From: the human T2T-CHM13v2.0 reference genome, Homo sapiens
Assembly: GCF_009914755.1 (NCBI RefSeq)
Contig: NC_060947.1
Direction: 5' to 3' (one strand)
Length of the DNA: 64,000 nt
Position 1 is the first letter of the stretch. Each line of letters begins with the position of its first letter. The notes under the pieces are model-generated. The model was not told the DNA's origin. It saw nothing but the letters and a program-made list of their open reading frames with translations, and ran no database searches. The position numbers and the translations under genes are program-made. Of the stretch, positions 18,986-36,993 are shown piece after piece.

Positions 18986-19375
18986 TCCACTCTTTGTGTG
19001 TGCCTGCCTGGCAAACCAGACAATTCTCCTATGAGTCTACCAATGATAATATTCTTTTATAGCAAATGAATTGAGCTGATAGACAGATACATTTATTAAT
19101 CTCAGTAAATGCAGTAGCTGATAAAAGATGCAAAAGGCATTCTAAGAGATGGTTCTTTTCATTATTTAACATTGGTATTTCACTTTCAAGGTGAAATAGA
19201 AACTGGTGTTTTAACGGCTGTTTCAAAATCATCGTCTGTACAAAGATGCCAATGTAAAAATTGTGATACTATTGTGCAATTATAAAAGCCAAGCACAGAG
19301 AGGTTAATAACTGCCTTAGTTCTACCAGCAAAGGTACTCGGATCCCTTATATTTCCAAGGAATGAATTCTATTTA

Positions 19376-19979
<604 letters not shown>

Positions 19980-20634
19980 TTACCATCCAGACCTGGTAAA
20001 CCGGCAAATTCTTGACTTGTGCTTTTGGGCTGGGATCTGAGGCTTCTTTTTGATCTGTGACAAAAATTGCAAAGGCAATTTCTTCTCAGAGGTAGTATTT
20101 CCTCCCCATTTAATCTTTTTCATGAACTGCTGAAGTCTTTGGCTCCTGCCTGTACACACTTTCTGTTACTCTTCTTCCTACCCCTATTTCATAAGTCCAA
20201 GCACCGTATCGATCTTCTGTATAGCACAAACAGGGAAGTAGAAGGACAGCAGATTAATCCTGAGTTGCTATAGCAAAATGACTTATCATCAAAGAAAGAG
20301 TGTGACTTGGAATAGACCTACCAGGAGGTCCGAAACTTTGTTTGAAGTCTTCATCCATAGTCCTCAACCCTCAATGGTACTCATACTTGTACTAGGCACT
20401 TAGTAGGTGCACAATAAATAATTTTTTGACGAATGTGCGGTATTTATGTGTATTTAGGTGACGTTGCATGTTTATAAAGAAATTAAGTACTCAAGAGTGA
20501 TTAGTGATTATAATCACCACTAAACTTCATTACGTTGCTTCATAGATAATAGAAATTTCTCTTCTTTCTGTTAGCAAAATGAGAGGCTGTTCACAAATGA
20601 GAAGAATGGGTCCTTTCTTCAGAGTCAAATTCCT

Positions 20635-22188
20635 CCTTTATTCATTCAATGAGAATTCATTAAGCACTTACTATTTGCCAGGTTTTATTCTAGGTGCTCG
20701 GGAGTGATACCTCAGTAGACAAAACAGATGAAAATCCATGCCTTCATGGGGCTTACATTCTAGTGGGTACACAGACAATAAACAACAGACATAATAAATA
20801 AGTGGATGATACAGTATGTTGGAAGATGATAAGTACTCTCAGCAAGGAGAAGAATGTGTCTGGAACTGAGGGAAAAACAAGTGCACCAATATTGGGACTT
20901 TGGCTTTTTGGGGAATCGTTGGATGATCTTGAACAAAGGAGGGACATGATCTACTTGCATTTTAAAAGGATCCCTCTGACTGAGAATAAACTGTGGAATA
21001 GACTGTGGGGAGCCCAGGGTGAAAGCAAGGTAGAAGTAGTGAAGCCTGTCAATAGATAGCTATCAATTATAGAAGCTGGGGTTGTGGTGGCAGCAGTGGA
21101 GAGGGTAAGAGTAACAGATCCTAGGTATGTTTTGAAGAGAGAGACAACAAGATTACTGATGTATTGGGTAAGAGAGAGATGTCAAGGATGACTTTAAGAT
21201 TTCTGCCTGAGCAAATGTGAAGGCTGGTGATGGAACAAATGGAAAGGGGAAGGTTGGGAATTCGGTCTTAGATATATTGAGTTTGAAGTGTCTATTAGAC
21301 ATATAAGCAAAGATGTTAAAAAAAAGCAGTTGCACATGAGTCTGGAATTTGGGAGTGAAATCTGGCCTAGAGATATTTGAGTGTCACCAGCATATAGATG
21401 ATATTTAAGGCCATGGGACTGGATACAATTATAAAGAGAGTAAGTGTAGATTGAAGGATGAGAGGAGAACCAAGGGCTAGTCCTGGGGCACACCAACATT
21501 CAGAAGTCAAGAAAAATAGAAGGAACCAACAATGGTGACTGAGAAGGAGCAACTACCAAGGTAGATGCAAAGGCAAACAGGTGTGATGTCCTAGACACTG
21601 TGTGAAGAAAGCTTATCAAGTAGAAAATGAAGATCAACTTTGTTGAATACTGCTAAGTGAAGGAAGAGGGCTCAGAAATGGCCACTAGATGGAGTAACGT
21701 GAAGGTCACTGATAACTTTGGTGAGAGGAGTTTTGGTGCAGCAGTGGTAGGGGACAAAGCCTTATAGGTTTGATGGAAATGAGAAGAGAGGAACTAGAAA
21801 AAGAAAGAAGAACAAAGAGCTTTGCTGCAAAGGGGAGCAAACAATTAAAGGAATACTTGTCAGGGAAATTAGGACAAAGAGAAATCTGTATCTGTTTTTA
21901 AATAATGTGTGAAAAATGAGAACAACCCATTCAAGATGTTGGTGACATAAGGGAGAAAGGGAGGAATTGCTAGAGCAATGTCTTTGAGTAGGCAAGGGGA
22001 GTGGCTTCTAGTGCACGAGTGAAGGCATTACATGGGGCATGGAAAATTCATCTATGCTTAATAGAAAGGAAAGCAGAGTATATGAGTACAGATGCTGACT
22101 AGTCGGGAAATGGAGTAGAGTCTGGAAGTTCTCCTCTTATTCCTGTAATTTTTTCAGTGAGGTAGAAAGCAAGGTGAACAGTTGAGAA
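20635..22188 (-). mobile_element. L2 element, long fragment
   Basis: Begins with the reverse complement of the L2 3' end (ttcattcaat...taagcacttactatttgccagg) and continues as purine-rich L2 body. Confidence 0.7.
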
Positions 22189-23135
22189 GCTCACTTCACC
22201 TCTAAAGACATGCATCCACTGATAATGAAGGGATGGCAAAAGATATTCCATGCAAATGGAAACTACAAAAGAGCAGGAGTAGCTATACTTATATCAGGTA
22301 AAATAGATTTCAAGACAAAAACTGGATAAAAAGACAAGGCCATTATGTAATGATAAAGGGGCCAATTCAGCAAGAGAATATAACAACAATAAATATATAT
22401 GAACCCAATGCTAGAGCACCCAGATATATAAAGCAAGTATTACTAGAGCTAAAAAGTTAAATAGAACCTAATGCAATAATAGCTGAGGACTTCAACGCTC
22501 CACCTTCAGCATTGGACAAATAATCCAGACTGAAAATCAACAAAGAAACATTAGACTTAATCTGCACTGTAGACCAAGTGGACATAATAGATATTTACAG
22601 AACATTTCACCCAACAGGTGCAGAGTACACATTCTTTTCCTTAGCACATGGAACATTATCAAGGATACAAAACAAGTACCCCAAATTTAAAAATACTTAT
22701 ATTAAATATATTTTCTGACCACAATGGAATAAAACTAGAAATCAATAACAAGAAGAATTTTGGAAAAAATATAAACGCGTGGAAATTTAAAAATGTGCTC
22801 CTGAATGACCATTAAGTCACTGACAAAATTAAGAAGAAAATTTAAATAGTTCTTGAAACAAATGAAAATGGAAGCACAGCATATTAAAACTTGTGGGATA
22901 CAGCAAAAGCAGTACTAAGAGGGACATGTACATCAATAAATGCCTACATCAAAAAAATAGAAAAACTTCAAATAACCTAATGATGCATCTTAAAGAACTG
23001 GAAAAGCAAGAGCAAACCAAACCCAAAATTTGTAGAAGAAAAGAAATAATACAGATCAAAACAGAAATATACAAAACAGAGACTAAAAAAAATAAAAGAT
23101 CAATGAAATAAAAAGTTGGTTTTTTGAAAAGATAC
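22189..23135 (+). mobile_element. L1 ORF2 (endonuclease region) fragment, degenerate
   Basis: Translates to L1 EN-like IKGPIQQENITTINIYEPN and LKELEKQEQTKPK, with stops and frameshifts. Confidence 0.9.
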
Positions 23136-23169
23136 ACTTTCAAAACATAGGAAGAAGCCAACCATTTTC

Positions 23170-24255
<1,086 letters not shown>

Positions 24256-24269
24256 TCAGAATCATACAG

Positions 24270-24690
24270 TGAGGCCAGGACTTGTTGTGTTGTGTAGTTA
24301 CTCCACAGACATGAGATGTGCCATCCACCTAAAATTTGGTTTGGTTGCTGACAGTGAGAATATCTCACATGCACCAGGAAGATATGAAAAAGTTTATTAC
24401 TCACATCATGTGGCTTTCTGGGGATAGTAGGTCTGGTTTCCAAGCAGGTCTGAAAGTAGCCTCAGAGAGCAGAGAAACGATATGGAGTTCTAGTGTGATT
24501 TGGCGATGGGGCTGGGATGAGGATTCCCATGCGCAAGGTAGGGCTTGTGCAGTTTGAACCTCCTGCTAGTGCCAAAGGAGTGAGCACCTGAACTTTCTTA
24601 TCAGCTTTCCCAGATGTAGGGCTGAAGGGTCAGGCAGGGAGAGGTGGACAGTCAAACATCAGAAATGGGGTCAGAATGTTCATTACAGGT
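24270..24690 (-). mobile_element. Probable old solo LTR (family uncertain)
   Basis: LTR-like composition with tttattact (antisense polyA-signal region) and a ...cattaca end. Confidence 0.4.
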
Positions 24691-25231
24691 CCCATAGCAA
24701 GTAGGACTGTTTGGGCATTTCATATTCTTTGATCCTACCTGGCACCTAGCACATAAGATTTGCAAGGGATCTTACAACTCTAGGCAAACTGTCTTCTTTT
24801 TCAGATGAAGAAGACTGAGTCCAGTCCCACTATGTCATTCTGTCTCTGTAGATCACACTTTGAGCTGACTCAATAGCTGGCTTCCCTATGGCAAGGCCTA
24901 GGGCTGTGGAGACTTAAAAACAATCTTGCGCAATTTTTTAGACTCTGACTCTCAGAACCCTTTTCTATAAAATTCTTGTAATATCTACTGTACACTTTGT
25001 CAGACTAAGGGATTCAATGAAAGAATGTTAATAATGTGCCATCATATGATTATGCTCTGTGAAGAGTCATTGCTAGGGTCAGAACATGGTGGTCTCTAGT
25101 TAAAGACCATTTGGTCTAGGCATATTTAAGAGAACACTTTTGAGTATAAAATAGGTAGACTATAATTATTTAATTTTATATACAGTAACAGAAATGAGGA
25201 CCATTGCTTTGTGTGGGTTTGATTTTTAATA

Positions 25232-25476
25232 TTTTTTTTTCTTTTTGGAGATGGAGTCTTGCTCTGTCACCCAGGGTGGAGTGCAGTGGCGCGATCTCAC
25301 TGCAAGCTCTGCCTCCCAGGTTCATGCCATCCTCCTGCCTCAGCCTCCCGAGTAGCTGGGACTACAGGCGCCCACCACCACGCCTGGCTAATTTTTTGTA
25401 TTTTTAGTAGAGATGGGATTTCACCATGTTAGCCAGGATGGTCTCGATTTCCTGACCTCGTGATCCACCTGCCTCT
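25232..25476 (-). mobile_element. AluY-like element, 5'-truncated
   Basis: ggatggtctcgat..ctgacctcgtgatc diagnostic; TSD tgattttta. Confidence 0.9.
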
Positions 25477-26143
25477 GATTTTTACTTTTTATAGTGAAAC
25501 TTTCAAATAAACAGAAAAGTAAAAAGATTAGCATAATGAGCATACCAATACCCTTTACATCAGTCTAACAATTGTTAATATGTTGCCTTCTTCGTCTACT
25601 TGTTTTGGTTGTTGAACTAAAGTAAATTAAAGTTACAATGATATTTTACCCCAAAATACATCAGTTTGTATCCCCAAAAAATAAGGATATTGTCCTATAT
25701 GGCTATGATGTCATGATCACACTGAACAAAAATAATGATTCCTTAATATCATTTAATATCAGTCCATATTCAAACTGTGTTAAGGCTTCAGTAGGATGTT
25801 TCATGAGATTTTGAGTCAAATTCTCCTTTGTGGATCTGAAACTCCTCATTCCCCAATTCACCGTGCAATTAATGATTTCTTCCCTGTTTATGGGAAACAG
25901 ATGGGATTAGCAAATTGTGACTGTTGCTTATTTCCCAAAAGATAAATCAGGCACATCATAATAAGGAGGGGAAAAGTAATGTTTGTAAAATTCCTTGGAC
26001 AAATCTCTATCTTGCAATTATGTGTATTTGCCTTTATGTATTGGAGAAATTCTGAGCATTAAACCAGTCTCAAATGAGACAGTAAAGTTCTGATTGGATG
26101 TCACCATCTCCCATAATTTTCCCCAGAATGTGTGATGAAAGGG

Positions 26144-26195
26144 CTCCAGCCTGGGTGACAGGGAAGACTGTGTCAAAAAATAAATAAATAAAAAT
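26144..26195 (+). mobile_element. Extremely 5'-truncated Alu (last ~30 nt plus tail)
   Basis: ctccagcctgggtgacagggaagactgtgtc + (AAAT)n, flanked by TSD atgaaagg. Confidence 0.8.
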
Positions 26196-26234
26196 GAAAG
26201 GCTTGAAAATAAAAGAAAGTAAGCATTGAGATAG

Positions 26235-26657
<423 letters not shown>

Positions 26658-26911
26658 TAGCCCCAAAGAGGGAATGATGCCTCGTTATTGCCAGGTCTTG
26701 AATAAGAGGGTGGAGAAATGGGCACACATGTGAAGGAGAGTTAATTACTTGAGCACAAAATTTTATCTACTTCCCTCAATTCCTCATTTTGCTTTGCATG
26801 GGAATTCTGTATCAGAGAAGTTGGAGAGCTTTAAAGATTTTGACTTTTCAGTTGAGATGATGCCAATTCTTTGTAATTTTGTTTTCCACTTTAGTTGTTT
26901 TTTCAAAATGA

Positions 26912-27073
<162 letters not shown>

Positions 27074-29110
27074 TAAATTTCAAAAATAAAACATAATTCT
27101 CTTTAAATAATGGTTTTCCCTCTAATTGTTCTGTTCTCCATTTTCCCTCTTTCCCTGATATTCTGAATACCTCTCCCTCATCCTGTGGCCACTTTCCATC
27201 GGTTGAAATAATTTTTCTTGGCAATTTTTTGAAGAAGCTTCTGATCATAAAATTTCAAACTTATGGAAATTTTGAGTTCATCAAGTATGACTCTTAGATT
27301 TAACAGTTGAGGAGGAAATGAAGGTCCAGGGAAACTGACATTCAGTGGCTCATAACTAGTTACTATCAGACTAGGTAATAATATTAATAACTACTAATAA
27401 CACTTATTGAGCATTTATTGTGTGCTAGGTATTTTTCTGACTTGTTTAATCCTTATAACAACCCAGATTGTCATAAAGAAGTGAAACAACTTAATTAGGC
27501 ACAGACTAGCTGCTATAACACAAAATCTCAAATGTCAATATGCTAACATAGTGCAGATGTTCCTGATTGGTAAAAGGGAAGAACAGGTTATTAATTTATG
27601 TGGGTTATTCAGGGACACTGGCTGAGAGTGATTCTACCATCTTCAACATGTGACCTCCAAGGTCAGTTTGGGTGTTAACATCCAGCCAGGACCAAGGAGA
27701 ATAGAGCATGGAGAAGGCATACTTGTTTCAAAGCCACCTTAGCAGGGAAGCAGTACAAACAATTCCACTTATATTTCATTAGGAAGTACTAGTAGCTCAC
27801 TCCCATCTAGATGAAGGGAGAGACGGGGAAAGGCTCTTCCCCACTATATTATAATGAAACTGAAGCATAGGCCTCCTGACTCCTCATGCAATGCTCATAC
27901 CACTACATCATGTCTGGCTAAAAAATCCAGAGCAAATGTCTTTGTTAAAAGTTTTGCCCTCAAAAGAGAAGACTAATGATTCTTTTCCTGAAAATGATAC
28001 GCCATGAAGTTATTTCTTGCAGATAACGTCTGCTTTTTATGGCAACCACCCTAGTATAAAGAATTCACCTCATTTGACTTGCTGAAGAGATTTCAAATAA
28101 CTCTTCTTTAAACCTTTTAGTTATGTTATTTCAGATGGGACAATGAAAGTATTAAGAAGTGTGATTAGCTTCTGGATTCTAGGGACAAAAGGAATCAAGG
28201 AACATAAATTTTTTCTTCCAAATAATCTGCCTCTGACTTGGATTATATTTGTCTGATAATTCTGCTTCCACAAAAGTGAAAATATACTTTATTCAAAAGC
28301 AAATATTACAAGCTGATCAAGGGATGAAGCCAGAGACATACCCAAGCAAAGTTTCAGTGAGGATCCTCTATATAGGACCAGGTGAAAGATGGTGAATGAG
28401 TCATATGTAAAGCACTGGTTGGAAGAGGGTTCAGTGGGAGGAACAGCTGAGCATCCAAAAAAGGAGTTGAGCAGTGCAGGTTGGCAGTCAGAAAGAGGTC
28501 AGGATCCAGAAATCAGTGCAGTGGGCAGGATCCCAAGATCAAGAGACAAACAGCCAAGCATGGGCTGAAAATTGAGGATGGGTATAAACGTGCTCTTTTC
28601 TGGGCTTGCTCTCCACACAATTCTCACTGCAAGTCCTTAGTTAGAGGAGCTCTACATAGATGCTGAGCAAAACAGTCTGCTTACAGTTTTTTTTTTTTGT
28701 TACAAGTTCCAAAATGATTGGGACATTTTGAGTCCATATAATTATTATAGTTCCATTGCTACATGAATACATGGGTCCATGAAATGGAGTCCATATAATT
28801 CATTTTGACCATTTTGTCTTATCCAAAACACTGAAAATAATAGCTACTCCTTAAAGATTGTCTGCCGTGGACCTCTTGTGCTATTATCTCTAAATCTTTT
28901 TTAAAATCTTGCAAAGTAAGTATTATTGGCCTGGTTTTATAGATGAGGAAAGCATGGCTCAGAGAAGTTAATGGAGCTTAGAAGCTGACTAAGTCAGGGT
29001 TTAAATCAAGCTGTCTTTATTTTCTAAGGCCGTGTTGTTTTGATTACCCCATAATGCTGCTTCTATTCAGCCCACGAGAGGGGCAGCGAAACAAGTTATA
29101 GAAAATATTG

Positions 29111-29435
<325 letters not shown>

Positions 29436-29454
29436 ATTGACAACATTGACTTGC

Positions 29455-29600
29455 ACGTCAAGAGGTCCCCAGGACAACCCAGAGGTTTGATGATTCACTA
29501 GGAGGGCTCACAGGACTGAGCATATAGTCATACTCATAGTTATGATTTATTACAATGAAAGTATACCAAGCACAATCAATGAAGGGAAAAGGCAGAAGCA
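29455..29600 (-). mobile_element. MER21-like LTR fragment
   Basis: ggtttgatgattcactaggagggctcacaggactgagcatatagtc, homologous to 33182-33320. Confidence 0.65.
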
Positions 29601-30577
29601 GGAAAATGAAAGGAGTTTCTGCTTTGTGGAGAAAATGACAGATTAGGCACTGAACATATTGCATTAAAGTTTGAACCTCTGAGTGCAAATGTTCACAAGT
29701 CATTGGAGATAAAGACCTTGAGTGAAGTTGAGAGCTGAAGAAATATAAATATAAGCTCGGTGGTAAAAATTACCTCCATGGTCTCAATGTGGGAGAATTG
29801 CAGAAGGCTGTGCCATGAGAACAGGTGCAATTAAGGAGGGGGAGGAGGAAATCCTCAGGGCACAAAGAGAACAAGCATAGTACAATATCAGAAGAGGCTG
29901 GCATGGGAGATGGGGGATGTCAGAAAAAGGAGTAGAGTAGCTATTGTAGAAATCTGACTTTCTTTTGTGTACGTCATTACTGCTTAATCTGCCAAAATAT
30001 CTGACAAACAAGATATGCTGGGACTCAGAAATTCAATAAAGCTAAATTGAAGAAGACAAGATAAATCTACCACCTTCCACAGATGCAATTGAATAGGAGA
30101 TGTAAGGAAGCAAATCTTAATGACATCTACCTTGCTGATATGCACCTTGTAACCCTCAGCAATCGCTTCCTTTGCTTTTTGTAGAAGTTTAACATTTTAA
30201 GGTGCAAAGGGATTGGAGGATGATTAAATGACATTGCTGGCCCTTTCAAATCAAAAGAATCATGCATGCCTGACACTGATTGACGGTGTTGCTTCTTCAT
30301 TGCTGGTCCAGCTGCTTTGGGGGCCTGGTCGAATAAAAAGTGCCTGCACATTGTTGAAAGAAGAGCCTGAGGGAGAATATAGTGAGTGTAGCAACCAAAA
30401 GAAAAAAAAAGAAAGAAAGAAAACCGGGCCAGTCTCTTGAAAGCTGTTAAATGCAATTTCCATAGTGCCACTTATTTGTTCAAATGATTTAATTGTTCAT
30501 TTATTCAGAAATAGTTATTGAATGCCTCATTTTTCTTCCAGACATTGTTTTAGCACTGAGAATAAAATGCTGATCAA

Positions 30578-30896
<319 letters not shown>

Positions 30897-31369
30897 TCAA
30901 ACAAGTTTCTTGTTAGAGTGGAAATTGCATTCTGGAGCGAGGAGGCTTTTGCTAAACAAATGAACAAAGCATGAATAGAAGAGCAGGTTGAAATAAGTGC
31001 TATGATGAAGCTAAAGCCGGGTTATTTGTTGGTGGGGTGGCGGCTGCCTTAGATTGGGTGGTCAGGGAAGGCCTCTCTGAGGAGGTGAAAGTTAAGAGCT
31101 CAATAAAATGACAGAGCCAGGTACGCAATGCTGTAGGAAGAGTGTCACAGAAAGAACTGCTGATGCATAAGCCTAAGGCAGCAACAAGCTGGATGTGTTC
31201 AGGAACAGAAGGGAAGCCATTAATGTTCTAAAATCTTCAAACAAATACATTTTGAACCTGATTTTTTTTTAAAAAAGCACCTTACAGATTGGTCCTCAGT
31301 CTCACCCACCAAAGAAAGGAAAGATAAAATCAGAACAAGGAATAAAAATCCTAAATACACATTCAAAAT

Positions 31370-32900
<1,531 letters not shown>

Positions 32901-33181
32901 GAAGTATTATTACAATAAAAAAGTCTTACATTTAGAGTTAGTAAGATTTTAAAAATTAGATCATAATAAACAAGTATCCCAAAGAAGATCTGACAATTAA
33001 GGAGAGAAAAAACTGTATTGTTCTTTTCTTCCTTGTTACAATAATAAAACCTATTCACTATACAGAATATTGTGGCTGAAATCTCGTTAGCTTGGTCTGA
33101 GTTGCATTTTGTATAATCTAGAGGTGACTGAAGGGGAGCACTGAGGTGGAGCTGTCCACTGATATTTTGGAGGAGCTGATA

Positions 33182-33685
33182 TGTTGGAGTCTCTAACACC
33201 ACACTCAGGTTTGATCATTTATTGGAAGGACTCACAGGGATCAGCATACAGTGATACTCATGGCTAAGATTTATCACAACAAAAGAAACAAAGCAACATC
33301 AGCCAAGAAAAAAGGTGCATGAGGTAAAGTCTAGGGGAGACTAGGCACAAGCTTCCACAAGTCCCCTCCCAGTGGTGTCACACAGGATGTGCTTAATTTC
33401 CCCAGCAAACCAGTTCCCAAGGCTTTTACTGGGGACTGGTACAAAAGTGCCCTCTGCCTAGTGTGATCCCAAATTCCAGACACCCAGAAGGAAAGCAGGT
33501 GTTCAGCATAAAACATAGTGCATATCCAAACAGTTTGGGCACAGTGGACCACCCTTCTCATTTCTGGGAATGGTGGGAACCCTCCTAAAGTCCAAGTTCC
33601 TAGATGCTAGCCAAGGGTCAGCCTTGTAAGCAGCCCTTTGAAGGACAGCCACCTCAAGGCGCTATGTTAGCTTTTTTCTGCATAA
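33182..33685 (-). mobile_element. MER21-like LTR
   Basis: caggtttgatcatttattggaaggactcacagg...cccagtggtgtcacacaggatgtgcttaattt; family by recall. Confidence 0.7.
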
Positions 33686-34467
33686 TCAGGCTCTCATCTC
33701 TCTTCTGAATTTTGCTCAATTTCTTTTACCTAGATGTACTGTAACTGGTAAGGGAGTGTATGTTATATCCATGGGAAGACAGCCTTAAGATTTGAGTTGT
33801 TTTCTTGCTTCAGCATGGATCCCTGGAGGCCTAGGTTCCCCTGGATAGAATCAGTCCTATTGCTCACTTCCCTTTATTGAAGAGTCTCTCTTAGGAGCTC
33901 CTTCTCACCCCCTAACATATCAGAAAACACAAAACATACACATAGATATTCAGTTAAGTTTACTTCAGATGTGAGGGTATTTTCAGATTTTGTCATTTAC
34001 CAGGTGCTCTACTGGGGTTATGAACTGGATATTCTTTTTTTTTTTTTCCTTGTTCTGGGCTTGTCCTTTTAGATGTGACACCAGAAGTGACCACCTTCGC
34101 GTGACTCAGATCACTGATTTTTTAGAAGATTTAAATCATATGGAATTTAGCAACAGCAAGTGGGGCATTATCACTCCAGTTTCAAGGCTTTCTGTTTCTT
34201 CTGTAATGACAGCTTTTCATGCCTAATGCTCAGCGTACTACTGAAAAGTGCATAATAGCTTCCCAGTCATTTGTCTTCTAATATAGTACTTAGTAATGCA
34301 GCTTCAGGAACCACGTGTATGAAAGGCTCCATATAAAACCAAATAATGTAACACTGTTCTACTCTAATTTCTTTCCCTATAGATGTAATTTACTTATGGT
34401 AGTGATTGCTAAAATGTGTTCAGCTAATTTGTAAAACCAGTAGAAAAGAAAATGAATGTAGACCACT

Positions 34468-34856
34468 ATATTAGTTTCCTATGGCCACCACAACAAATTA
34501 CCACAAACATGGTGGCTTAGAACAACAGAAATTTATTTTCCCACAGTTCTGGAGGCTAGAAGTCCAAAATCAGTGTGTCAACAGGACCACAATTCCCTTT
34601 CCAGTGGCTTTCAGTCATCCTTGGCATTCCTTGGCATCACCCCAAACTCTGCCTCCATCTTTGCCTGGGCTTCTCTGTGTATCTTCTCCTCTTCTTATAA
34701 GAATATCTGTCATTGAATTTAGGACCTACCCTACTCCATATGACTTCATCTTAACTAATTACATCTGCAAATATCCTACTTCTGAAAAAGCTCACACTTT
34801 GAGTTTCTAGGTAGACATGAATTTTGGGGAAATGCCATTCAACCCACTATAACCAC
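34468..34856 (-). mobile_element. MaLR solo LTR (MLT1C-like)
   Basis: acaaattaccacaaacatggtggcttagaacaacagaaatttatt...ttctggaggctagaagtcc. Confidence 0.8.
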
Positions 34857-35098
34857 ATATCCACATGTCCCTATGACACCATAAAAGGGGTTTCCAATCA
34901 TTGCTATTCTCAAATAATGAAAGTTATAGAGGGATTTGTGGATGAGGCCCAATCCTCAAGAGGAGTGAACCATTGTCATATTAAAAGGAATATTTATAAA
35001 AAAAAAAGCTGGAATACTGTTATTCAGGTATTTATACCAATTATGTCCAGACTAAAAATGTTAAAGGTTTTACGATTTTTGGTAAAATGTTTTAAAAT

Positions 35099-35164
35099 AT
35101 TGGTACCTAATGGGAAATATATATCTCATGAGGTAGTAATAAATTGGTACCTAATGGGAAATAT
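35099..35164. repeat. Imperfect tandem duplication, period 44
   Basis: attggtacctaatgggaaatat at 35099-35120 and 35143-35164. Confidence 0.85.
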
Positions 35165-36351
35165 GATACTTCCATGAATCTTTACAGAGAACACCAAGAA
35201 CCCAGCAGGTATGAAAATTCTATATTTTTGGGAAAAATGATTACAAAAGACAGTCTCTCACACCATGAACAATGATATATTCTCTTAGAGGCAGTGTACC
35301 AGAGCGTCAAGGACAGGGGCTTCAAAGCAGAGTCACAGTTTGGTTCAATTCAGAGCTCTACCACATGCTAGCCCTCATGGTTTGGGCCAGATGCTTCTGA
35401 GTCTCAGTTTCCTCAGTTGCAAAATGGAGATACTTATACTTATCTTAATGCATTATATGAGGGTAAATGAGATCGTGCTTGTAAAGGACACACGCACAGA
35501 AGAAATTCAAGTAATGTTGGTTGAATCAAGTTATGATCTAACCCAATCTCAAGACAAGCACTGACTCAATTTTGGCTATCTCTGTGGTTTTCCTAAACAG
35601 GTTACACTGACCCACTGAACTTCCATTAGCATATTTTGAAGAAGTTATTCTAAATGCCATTATACCCCATTCATTTTTCTCTAAGGTCTTCAAACTTGGG
35701 ATCTAACATTTAAATCAAAACAACCTGGCCATTATAGATCCTTCATTAATAAATTGAATATGGCAATTTTATTCAACATCTCTGGCTTCTTCCAACACCA
35801 GCCCATTTGACAAGAACCCATCTAGGTTTGCTGAGAGTATTATCTATCTTATTTCCTCATCATTCTTATGTTGATATAACTAAAATCATCTGGGTAGAGA
35901 TGCCAGAGGGCTAGAATATTCTGTTTCCCAGAGGGAGATTCAGAGAGTTTATCTCATAATCAATTTACATTGGGGATAGAGATTAAGTCTGCTTAAGTCT
36001 CCTTTTGGGACTTGGCTGAATTTGACAAAAAATAAAATCAGAAACATCCATTTTTAAGTGATTACAGGGTTCTCAAGGATGTAATATGCACAACCAAAAC
36101 ATCCTTCCTCTATCTCCCAGTCAGCTGTTCAACTGGTAAGAGTTGTCAGTGAAAGAAACTGGAGTTTAGAGGGCATGCAGTCTGATTCAAACAAGGCAGG
36201 ATGGAGACAAAAGAGAAAATGGATAACAGGACCCTATGAGAATACAACCTCTGTTTGCCTTTGGCTTTTGAGACACTTGCACCATGTTCCAATACTTTAG
36301 GAACAACTGAACTCCTTTTAAGAGCACCAGGATTGCTGTATGATTGTCCAT

Positions 36352-36391
36352 CTCATCAACATCCATGTTTGCTCATCAACATCCATGTTTG
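36352..36391. repeat. Perfect 20-bp tandem duplication
   Basis: ctcatcaacatccatgtttg twice. Confidence 0.9.
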
Positions 36392-36711
36392 ATCTGGCCC
36401 AGCACACTACTTGTTTTTTATTTTTTAGTGTTTGTTCACCCAACCACACTAACTCTGCACCAGGTTTTCCTGGGGTCATGAGAGGCTTTGTTTATTGTCT
36501 TTTTTTGTTTCATTTTGCTTTGTTTTGTTTCAGCCTTCAGGGTGTTTTCATTAATTCCTAAATAAGTTTCAAACTTATACCAAAAGAAAAAACACCAAGC
36601 AACAACAGAAACTAAGGGTTGGAAAGGATTTATTTATAGCAACCATCCTTTTCATGGAGAGAGTGACCATCACTCTCTCAAAATGGTCATTGAGCCCTGC
36701 ATAAATCATCC

Positions 36712-36993
36712 CATCATTCTCAGCAAACTATTGCAAGGACAAAAAACCAAACACCGCATGTTCTCATTCATAGGTGGGAATTGAACAATGAGAACACATG
36801 GACACAGGAAGGGGAACATCACACACCAGAGCCTGTTGTGGGGTGGGGGAAGGGGGGAGGGATAGTATTAGGAGATATACCTAATGTTAAATGACGAGTT
36901 GATGGGTGCAGCACACCAACATGGCACATGTATACATATGTAACTAACCTGCATGTTGTGCACATGTACCCTAAAACTTAAACTATAAAAAAA
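36712..36993 (+). mobile_element. L1PA (primate L1) 3' end
   Basis: atcattctcagcaaacta...gggtgggggaagggggg...gtgcacatgtaccctaaaacttaaa plus A tail. Confidence 0.93.

Noticed and set aside
22189-23135. L1 endonuclease-like coding sequence as an active or domesticated gene
   Set aside because: Fragmentary, with multiple stops and frameshifts.
28730-28800. gagtccatataatt repeated twice, 57 bp apart
   Set aside because: Only two short copies; not an array or CRISPR-like structure.
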